A DNA stretch of 38,408 nucleotides. Source: a virus (Duplodnaviria; Caudoviricetes). This document shows, in pieces, positions 18,983-25,748 of the stretch (the stretch's first letter is position 1; the number at the start of each line of letters is the position of its first letter). The notes under the pieces are model-generated. The model ran no database searches, was not told the origin of the DNA, and saw only the letters and a program-made list of their open reading frames with translations. The stretch is from positions 1 through 38,408 of IMG/VR virus record IMGVR_UViG_3300030329_000322; one strand, written 5' to 3'. The translations under genes were made by a program, and so were the position numbers.

Positions 18983-19237
18983 ATGCGTATCTATTCAGAC
19001 CCTTCTAGGGAATCCGATCCAATGGCCTTGTCCGATGTGGAGATATTCTCAGTGTCTCCAATGGAGGCGATCTACAATCAGCAGAATGCCGACCATGCTG
19101 ATGACTTCACTGTCTTTGATGCTGGCTGGTACTACTGGTATTGCTTCCCCGGATGCATGCCAGATTCGTCGCCCTTCGGACCATTCAAGACAGAAGAAGA
19201 AGCTATTGCAGACTGCCAGGAGCATGCAACATGCTGA
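18983..19237 (+). CDS. Early hypothetical protein, homologous to the integrase insert
   Basis: RBS AGGATGA at 18971; 'GWYYWYCFPGCMPDSSPFGPFKTEEEAIADC'. The ORF-track start at 18893 runs through an intergenic hairpin and is likely wrong. Confidence 0.75.
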   Translation: MRIYSDPSRESDPMALSDVEIFSVSPMEAIYNQQNADHADDFTVFDAGWYYWYCFPGCMPDSSPFGPFKTEEEAIADCQEHATC

Positions 19238-19359
19238 CCGATACCCTACTTACTATCGCTTTGCTACTTGGATTCTTTGCGACCATTTGGGGCATTTCTC
19301 TAGCCATAACTACAGATCAAGAAGCTGGGAACTATCCCGGCAGAATCGAGGATGAATGA
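19231..19359 (+). CDS. Small membrane protein (42 aa)
   Basis: AGGAG RBS at 19218; MLTDTLLTIALLLGFFATIWGISLAIT... is a single TM segment. Confidence 0.6.
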   Translation: MLTDTLLTIALLLGFFATIWGISLAITTDQEAGNYPGRIEDE

Positions 19360-19724
19360 TGACCACCAGCACATACGACATCGAAGTGCCTGCATGGATC
19401 GACGACGAGTACTTCAGCGAAGAGGCACTGAGCGATTCTAGCCATGAGGATCACGAAGACGAGGTATCCACGCTTCGCAGCATCGTCCAAGGCGGCTGCG
19501 CCTCCGGAGCGTACATGCCAGCAGTAACCTACTACAAGGCCAAGCAGACCATGACCGAACACGGAGAAGAGGTGCTTGACTATATCGTGGACGCCTTCGG
19601 AGAACTGCCAGCCGTATCACTAGCATCGCACGGATCATGGGCAAGCATTGGCTGCCATTATCTCAGCTTCGCTGTGGAGCTGTGGGCAGGCCTCGCGCTC
19701 CGCCAGATAGATCCTGACTTCTGA
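19356..19724 (+). CDS. Acidic early protein
   Basis: RBS GAGGATGA; D/E-rich; 'GGCASG...TYY' and 'AVELWA'. Confidence 0.7.
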   Translation: MMTTSTYDIEVPAWIDDEYFSEEALSDSSHEDHEDEVSTLRSIVQGGCASGAYMPAVTYYKAKQTMTEHGEEVLDYIVDAFGELPAVSLASHGSWASIGCHYLSFAVELWAGLALRQIDPDF

Positions 19725-19814
19725 CCACACACCACTGCTCCCATCCCTAACGGGATGCGGAGTGGTTTCACATTGTCGGCATGGTGTCGATGATGAGCAT
19801 AGGATGATGGAACG
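19725..19814 (+). repeat. Intergenic double-hairpin element, copy A
   Basis: catccc-TAAC-gggatg core identical to copy B; second hairpin cattgtcggca-tgg-tgtcgatgatg; ends at the AGGATGA RBS. Confidence 0.7.
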
Positions 19815-20015
19815 ATGAAACCAACCACAGTCACAGAAGCCCAACAGCGCGCTTTGGATATGCTGGCTTCCCGATGGCAATTTATCGGAGAGCCTGCTAA
19901 TCTTCCCCTCGAGGATGCTATATCGGTTTGCTGCTGGAGTGATGGAACGCAGCCAGGAACCTGCAAAGCCCGAGTGTGGTACTGTATTGAACCCGATGGA
20001 CACGCTCATACTTGA
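19815..20015 (+). CDS. Early hypothetical protein
   Basis: RBS AGGATGA at 19801; bounded by repeat copies A and B. Confidence 0.7.
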   Translation: MKPTTVTEAQQRALDMLASRWQFIGEPANLPLEDAISVCCWSDGTQPGTCKARVWYCIEPDGHAHT

Positions 20016-20147
20016 TCCCTCCACGACCTCCATCCCTAACGGGATGAGAGGTTGTTTCAACTGGCCCGGACGGTCCGGGTTAGTCATTAGTTACGAGCAA
20101 CCGTTAGTTGCGAGTTAGTAGTTAGTTAGTTGTGAGGATGAACAATG
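20013..20147 (+). repeat. Intergenic double-hairpin plus (GT)TAG-tract element, copy B
   Basis: Imperfect direct repeat of 20391-20519, from 'tgatccctccacg' to 'gttgtgaggatgaacaatg'. Confidence 0.9.
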
Positions 20148-20393
20148 AGTTATTCAATCGGGATAATCCAAGACGAACACGACACTAGAGATTATCTGAA
20201 AGTCATATCCGATATGGTTTCAGAGCGTTTCGAGTCTGCAAAGGTGAACAACCCTAAAGGGTTCATGGATGAGGCTGATATGTCTTTAGAGAATTGGATT
20301 GTGGATGCGGCCCTTGAGATAGGTGGCGTTCAAGTACCACCTAGAAACGGTGCGGAAGACGATATCACATTCAACTTCTCTAGACTTCGCTGA
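20145..20393 (+). CDS. Early hypothetical protein
   Basis: Start and stop coincide exactly with the boundaries of repeat copies B and C. Confidence 0.75.
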   Translation: MSYSIGIIQDEHDTRDYLKVISDMVSERFESAKVNNPKGFMDEADMSLENWIVDAALEIGGVQVPPRNGAEDDITFNFSRLR

Positions 20394-20519
20394 TCCCTCC
20401 ACGGCCTCCACCTCTAACGGGGTGAGGGGCCGCTTCAACTGACCGGGACGTTCCCGATTAGTCATTAGTTGCGAGTTAGTTAGTAGTTAGTAGTTAGTTA
20501 GTTGTGAGGATGAACAATG
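20391..20519 (+). repeat. Intergenic double-hairpin plus (GT)TAG-tract element, copy C
   Basis: Repeat of copy B with compensatory stem substitutions. Confidence 0.9.
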
Positions 20520-20699
20520 AAACACGTTATTGTAGTGCTTGATGATGGTGAAACTTACAGTGGTATTGATGGGGCAAGTGTCTGCATCATCACCGATGAA
20601 CAGCATGAGAAACTTTGTGAAGGGTATTCGTTATCGGATATCGATCCAGTTATTGAGATTGGCTTGTCTGATTGCACTTTGCAGGGAGGTGAAGCGTGA
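20517..20699 (+). CDS. Early hypothetical acidic protein
   Basis: RBS GAGGATGA from repeat C; 60-aa ORF. Confidence 0.7.
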   Translation: MKHVIVVLDDGETYSGIDGASVCIITDEQHEKLCEGYSLSDIDPVIEIGLSDCTLQGGEA

Positions 20700-20887
20700 A
20701 CATCAACCGCAAGAACCGATCTAAGCCCCTTAGTTATTACCAAAGTTGCCGCGCGGCTGACCTCGCTGATGGGATTAATCCCAAGTATGCTACGGAGATT
20801 CCCTCGCACCTTCTTGATGATGAGTACGAAGGACCAGAGGACTTTGGGCCAGAACCTGACCACCAAGATGGAACATCTCCTGGCTGA
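20696..20887 (+). CDS. Early hypothetical protein
   Basis: GGAGGTGA RBS; GTG start overlaps the upstream stop (GTGA). Confidence 0.6.
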   Translation: MNINRKNRSKPLSYYQSCRAADLADGINPKYATEIPSHLLDDEYEGPEDFGPEPDHQDGTSPG

Positions 20888-20889
20888 TC

Positions 20890-20969
20890 TGTTATACTAC
20901 AGACACAACACCGATCATCATCCTCGGCTCCCTGCTTAGTTAGTTCTTTGCAGGGAGCCTTTCTTTTTT
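20890..20969 (+). ncRNA. Candidate ~65-nt small RNA unit (extended -10 TGtTATACT, anti-RBS seed UCAUCAUCCUC, intrinsic terminator)
   Basis: Promoter-like element 20890-20898, no ORF, seed 20915-20925, terminator 20926-20969. Confidence 0.45.
20926..20969 (+). terminator. Rho-independent terminator ending the early operon
   Basis: ggctccctgc / gcagggagcc 10-bp stem followed by tttctttttt. Confidence 0.88.
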
Positions 20970-21011
20970 GGGTTGATTAGTCCTCATCAGTTCTTAGTTA
21001 GTCGTGACTAC

Positions 21012-21054
21012 TTGACACAGCTATCAGTATCTAAGAATATCTAAGAATACTGAT
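21012..21054 (+). promoter_or_regulatory. Putative integrase promoter (-35 TTGACA) overlapped by a tandem/inverted repeat
   Basis: TTGACA at 21012; TATCTAAGAA twice at 21028-21047, nested in the inverted repeat ATCAGTAT...ATACTGAT; weak -10. Confidence 0.5.
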
Positions 21055-21097
21055 GAAGTTGTTACTGAAGTGTCGATTACTCAGAGGAGGATGAACC

Positions 21098-22300
21098 ATG
21101 AGCATCACACAACGAGGATCTAGTTACGAGGCTGCTGTGAATTACAAGGGCAGTCGCTATCGAAGGTCATTCAAGGACCGTCTACAGGCAGAGATATGGG
21201 AAGCACAGGCCAAGGCTGACTTAGTTGCTGGTCGTGTTCCTGAAGTCTCTGCTCAGGCATCGAACCGGGGACTTCCCCGAACACTCGATGACCTTCGTGA
21301 CTACACCTACAGGACTGTATGGGCTGGCTCTAAGTCTGAGGACACTGCACTGTTGAACTCTGGTGCTGTAGTCAAAGCCATCGGACCACGAACTATGATC
21401 GAGGACATCGACAAGGTATCTATTGATCTTGCTGTGGCTGAGTGGAAGCGTCTTGGTAACTCCAACGGAACGATCAACCGGAAGCTCTCAGCATTATCCA
21501 AGATGCTCACGGTTGCTGAGGAGTTAGGTGTCATTGACCGCAAGCCATCCATCAAGAAGTCCAAGGAGAACCAAGGACGTATCAGGTGGTACACCGATGA
21601 GGAGCAGTTGCGGATCATGCGTATGTTCAACCACCTTGGATACCCTGAGTACGGCGGGATAGTCCGGGTGCTTCTCGACACCGGTATGAGGTGCGGTGAA
21701 CTGTTTAGTCTTGAGTGGGAGGACATCCAGGACAACCTGATTGTTCTCAGTGATACCAAGAACAGTTCACCGAGGTCCATCCCGATGACCGAGGAGGTCT
21801 CTCGGATTATCAACTCGCATCAGGCTGAGGTATTTTATGTGTCCGTTAGAACGGTGAACTCTAATTGTCAGAACTTAGACCACGACAATGAGGACACTAT
21901 CACAGAGGCTAATTGGCATCGACGGGTTACAGAATGTGGTTGGTATGTTCGGGGCGGTCCCCAACGTGGACTTCCAGTCGGGCCATTCAACAGTGAAGCA
22001 GATGCTATTGCAGGCTGTCCTTGGATACTTAGTGGTCCATTCAAGTGGACGAACTATGATCGTACCCGGCGTCTGTTTGATCGTGTCAGGGAACAACTCG
22101 GTTGGTCTGATGATCCTCAAGCCACTCTTCATGCCTGTCGGCATACCTTCATCAGTAACTTAGTCCAAGAGGGTGTCCCGATTGCGATGGTGCAGAGGTT
22201 GGCTGGACACAAGACTATCCAGATGACCATGAGGTACACCCACCTCGCCCCGAAAGACCTTGAGTCTGCTATTGAGAAGCTCCAAGCCAGAAGAACTTGA
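21098..22300 (+). CDS. int: Tyrosine recombinase/integrase with a ~66-aa internal insertion
   Basis: Catalytic set intact: DTGMR, TKN, HACRH, LAGH, TMRY; 'TINRKLSAL' core-binding helix. Confidence 0.95.
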   Translation: MSITQRGSSYEAAVNYKGSRYRRSFKDRLQAEIWEAQAKADLVAGRVPEVSAQASNRGLPRTLDDLRDYTYRTVWAGSKSEDTALLNSGAVVKAIGPRTMIEDIDKVSIDLAVAEWKRLGNSNGTINRKLSALSKMLTVAEELGVIDRKPSIKKSKENQGRIRWYTDEEQLRIMRMFNHLGYPEYGGIVRVLLDTGMRCGELFSLEWEDIQDNLIVLSDTKNSSPRSIPMTEEVSRIINSHQAEVFYVSVRTVNSNCQNLDHDNEDTITEANWHRRVTECGWYVRGGPQRGLPVGPFNSEADAIAGCPWILSGPFKWTNYDRTRRLFDRVREQLGWSDDPQATLHACRHTFISNLVQEGVPIAMVQRLAGHKTIQMTMRYTHLAPKDLESAIEKLQARRT

Positions 22301-22350
22301 TGTAGTTGTTTATACTAATCCACGGATGGATCTATATTAGGGATGCAAGG

Positions 22351-24744
22351 ATGCGTCAGGCCGATCTAGAAAAAGAAATGGTAGAGCTGGGGAAGCAGCG
22401 GTACTGGAGTAAGGTCCAGCGTGGTCGTGAGAAGGCGACAGAGACCTACTCGCCAGCCGCCAAGCGTCTACTTGGTGAGTCCATAGAAGAACTCAACGAA
22501 GAGATCAAGAGATGGATGAAGGCTTCGGAGTCAGGTCCGGGGCGGAAGCACCGGGTACTTCCATACTTTGATCTTATCCCTACCAGTGTGATGGCTGCTC
22601 TGACTGCCAGGACAGTTCTTGATGGGATCTCCCAGCAGCGGACCCTTACATCTATTGCGATGCGTCTGGGTCAGTACCTAGAGGACGATCATCGTGCGCG
22701 GAAGCTCAAGGATGAACATCCAAATCTGTACAAAGACCTCTTTGAACGAACCAAGAATAACAGTTCATACGATTCAAAGAGACGGTTGTGGTACAAGACC
22801 GCCAAAGCCAATGACATCTTCCTTCCAAGGTGGAACGGGAAGGATCGGTGTGCTGTTGGGTTGGTCTTGATTGAGATGATGCGGACTTCGACTGGTCTGA
22901 TTGAGATTGAGACTGTTACCAATATCTTCTCTCGTTCTGTCACGTTAGTCCGGGCTACTGAATCACTGCTTCACTGGTTGAAGCAAGCTCACGCATTCCA
23001 TGAGATCCTGACTCCGGTTTATATGCCGATGGTGGTTGATCCACTGGACTGGAAGAACATGTGGCAAGGTGGGTATCTGTCTGATGAGGTGCGTCGCCGC
23101 CCACTCATAAAGACCTACGATAAGTCATACCTAGAGGAACTTGATGCGACTGCGATGCCTGAGTTCTACTCGGCAATCAATTCATTGCAGCGGACCAAGT
23201 GGGAGATCAACGACGATGTTCTCCAGTGCATGTTGTACTGCTACGAGAACAACTCAGGTGTCGGGAATCTTCCTGCGAACTGTGACAGAGATATTCCAGA
23301 TCGTCCAAGTGACAAGGACTGGTTGGATGAGACTATTCAGAGGCAGTGGCGAAGGGCTGCCAAGGAAACTCACCAACTCAATCAGCAGGATCGCAGCAAG
23401 CGGTTGCACCTCACGAAGGTTCTGTACCTAGCTCAGAAGTTCAACAGCCAGACCATCACGTTTCCTGTTCAGTGTGACTTTAGAAGCCGGGTGTATCCGA
23501 TTCCGAGTTACCTCAATCCTCAAGGACCAGATTGGTCACGATCAGTTCTCCGGTTCTCCGAAGGTGATCCAATCGAGAACCAGAATGATGCGAACTACCT
23601 TGGGGTACACCTCGCAAACTGCTGGGGACTTGATAAGAAAACCATTGAAGAACGTCTTGATTGGGTGTGGTCGAACGAGGATCTATTCAAGGCTATTCAC
23701 CAGGATCCTTTAGGGGCTACCTCAGAGTGGTCTAAAGCTGATGAACCGTGGGGGTTCTTGGCTGCTGCGATGGATATAGGGGAGTTTTTGCAGGTGGGTT
23801 ATGGGCATGTATCGAAGATACCCGTAGCTCAAGACGCATCGAACCAAGGCCACCAGATCTATGCGATGCTGTTGCGTGATCCTGTTGGGGCCAAGTACAC
23901 CAACGTCCTTCCCTCGGATCGACCTCACGATTTGTATCAGCAAGTTGCGGATCTTGTCGTAGAGAAACTGAAGGTCTCTGATGATCCCCGTGCTGCAACT
24001 TGGTTAAAGTTTGGGATCGACCGGAAGACGACCAAACGGCCTGTTCTTGTGGCGGTATACGGAGGTACGCAACAGTCGTGCAAGGAGTACACGGCAGAGT
24101 GGTACTTTGAACTGGTTCGTGACGGGAAGAAGCCCAAGGTCTTTGAAGATCACCCGTTCAAGGCGTGCATCTTCCTAAGCAACCTGATCTACCAATCAAT
24201 CGGGGAAGCTGTTCAGTCTGCTCAGGCTGGTATGGACTGGCTTCGGGATGTTGCTGGGATCTGTATGGAGCATGATGTTATCCCCATGTGGTCAACACCC
24301 ACTGGGTATCTGGTCAAGCAACTCTACGAGAAGCAAGCCTCGATGGAAGTGAAGACCAGTATTGGTCAGAAGATCCGAAGACATCGGTTACAATTTGGGA
24401 AGGGCGAGTTGTCTCCGATGAGACACAAGAACGCCATTTGCCCGAACTTGGTACACAGCTTTGATGCTGCCCTGATGATGAAGACCGTGAACCTTGCTGT
24501 TCTAAATGACCTCAGACAGTTCTCGATGATCCACGATAGTTACGCGACAACTGCGGCTAAATCTGGAATGTTGGCTTCATGTTTGAGGCGAGCAACAGTC
24601 GATATGTTTAGCGAGGATTTGATGGAAAACTTCGCTCAACAGATCACACATTTACTTCCACCCGGAGTTACCTTACCGCCGATCCCCTACGTTGGGGGGT
24701 TGGATATCAATGCTGTGCTTGATTCACAGTATTACTTTGCCTGA
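22351..24744 (+). CDS. Single-subunit T7-like DNA-directed RNA polymerase
   Basis: 'DFRSRVY', 'LNPQG', motif A 'QDASNQG', motif B 'RKTTKRPV....YGG', 'PNLVHSFDA', motif C 'IHDSY', C-terminal 'YYFA'. Confidence 0.96.
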   Translation: MRQADLEKEMVELGKQRYWSKVQRGREKATETYSPAAKRLLGESIEELNEEIKRWMKASESGPGRKHRVLPYFDLIPTSVMAALTARTVLDGISQQRTLTSIAMRLGQYLEDDHRARKLKDEHPNLYKDLFERTKNNSSYDSKRRLWYKTAKANDIFLPRWNGKDRCAVGLVLIEMMRTSTGLIEIETVTNIFSRSVTLVRATESLLHWLKQAHAFHEILTPVYMPMVVDPLDWKNMWQGGYLSDEVRRRPLIKTYDKSYLEELDATAMPEFYSAINSLQRTKWEINDDVLQCMLYCYENNSGVGNLPANCDRDIPDRPSDKDWLDETIQRQWRRAAKETHQLNQQDRSKRLHLTKVLYLAQKFNSQTITFPVQCDFRSRVYPIPSYLNPQGPDWSRSVLRFSEGDPIENQNDANYLGVHLANCWGLDKKTIEERLDWVWSNEDLFKAIHQDPLGATSEWSKADEPWGFLAAAMDIGEFLQVGYGHVSKIPVAQDASNQGHQIYAMLLRDPVGAKYTNVLPSDRPHDLYQQVADLVVEKLKVSDDPRAATWLKFGIDRKTTKRPVLVAVYGGTQQSCKEYTAEWYFELVRDGKKPKVFEDHPFKACIFLSNLIYQSIGEAVQSAQAGMDWLRDVAGICMEHDVIPMWSTPTGYLVKQLYEKQASMEVKTSIGQKIRRHRLQFGKGELSPMRHKNAICPNLVHSFDAALMMKTVNLAVLNDLRQFSMIHDSYATTAAKSGMLASCLRRATVDMFSEDLMENFAQQITHLLPPGVTLPPIPYVGGLDINAVLDSQYYFA

Positions 24745-24765
24745 ATCAATCCACTGGAGGATACG

Positions 24766-25377
24766 ATGCGAAAACCCAAGTCTTTGAAACTTACAACACC
24801 TAAAGGAACTGCGGTCTACCCGTGGCTCAACGAACCGAACCGGAAGTTTGACCCTGCTGGTGTCTACGCTGTGAACCTACGGATGACTGCTGATGAAGCC
24901 GAGACTTTCATCAACAAGATCACAGAGGTTCGTGATGAGCATCACCAAAGTCAAACCAAGGAACTGAAGAAGAAGCTGAAGAAGGCTGATCTTCCGGTCA
25001 TTGAAGTTGTTGATGATCAAGGGAACGAAACTGGTGAGATCGAACTGAAGTGCAAACTGAAAGCCAGTTACGAGTACGACGGAAAGACGATCACACAACG
25101 CCCCGTGATGATTGATGCGAAGCAACAGAAAGTCAGTGATGACGTTCGTGTTGGTTCGGGAACAACAATGAAGGTCGGTGTCGAGGTTCGTCCTTGGTAC
25201 GTCCCAAGTCAGGGCGTTGGTGTGTCTCTACGCCTTAAGGTTGTCCAGATCATCGACCTTGTTGAGTTCGGTGGTGGTGCTGGTGGGTTCGACTTCGATG
25301 ACGAAGAGGGATTTGAAACGATCTCTGCGAACCTGAGCGATGCCAATGAGGACGATGGCCTGGAAGGCATGATGTGA
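24766..25377 (+). CDS. ssb: Single-stranded DNA-binding protein (gp2.5-like)
   Basis: 'TTPKGTAVYPWL..P..KF', 'GVSLRLKVVQIIDLVE', acidic tail. Confidence 0.92.
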   Translation: MRKPKSLKLTTPKGTAVYPWLNEPNRKFDPAGVYAVNLRMTADEAETFINKITEVRDEHHQSQTKELKKKLKKADLPVIEVVDDQGNETGEIELKCKLKASYEYDGKTITQRPVMIDAKQQKVSDDVRVGSGTTMKVGVEVRPWYVPSQGVGVSLRLKVVQIIDLVEFGGGAGGFDFDDEEGFETISANLSDANEDDGLEGMM

Positions 25378-25748
25378 ATTCTCTTCTTCTCCAGATCCCT
25401 GTCACTCCTGTTCCTGCGAGTAGGCCTCGCGTTTCCAAGTGGGGAACCTACTACGGAAAGACCTACTCAAAGTTTCGTAAGGAAGCGAAGCCCGCAGTGG
25501 AAGGAGCCTATGGGGGTGAACCGCTTCGATGTGGCTTGGAGGTCCACGCAATCTTTTATTGCAAACGCCCCAAGACCACGAAGCGGAGGGATCCGAGAGG
25601 AGACGTGGACAATTACGTCAAGGCCATACTCGATAGCTGTAACGGAATTGTCTGGGACGATGATGACCAGATCCTGAGACTTACTGCAAGCAAACGATGG
25701 GAGGACGAGTTTGGATCACGAATCGAACTCATCATTTCTCCAGCATGA
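25374..25748 (+). CDS. rusA: RusA-family Holliday junction resolvase
   Basis: 'P.PASRPR' N-terminus and 'DVDNYVKAILDSCNGIVWDDDDQI' (DxDNxxKxxxD...DD) signature. Confidence 0.88.
   Translation: MNSLLLQIPVTPVPASRPRVSKWGTYYGKTYSKFRKEAKPAVEGAYGGEPLRCGLEVHAIFYCKRPKTTKRRDPRGDVDNYVKAILDSCNGIVWDDDDQILRLTASKRWEDEFGSRIELIISPA

Noticed and set aside
20034-20085. Canonical integron attC site (CTAAC...GTTAG)
   Set aside because: The sequence between the two words is not a single symmetric arm pair with L boxes; TAAC sits as a tetraloop of a local hairpin.
19725-20519. CRISPR array
   Set aside because: Repeats are ~90-135 bp, imperfect and separated by whole ORFs; no cas genes.
21821-22018. Intein or self-splicing intron in the integrase
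   Set aside because: Too short, no C/S...HN intein termini, no intron core; it aligns with a stand-alone gene instead.
17470-22350. tRNA gene or tRNA-derived attP core
   Set aside because: No cloverleaf or T-arm plus acceptor pattern recognised in any intergenic region.
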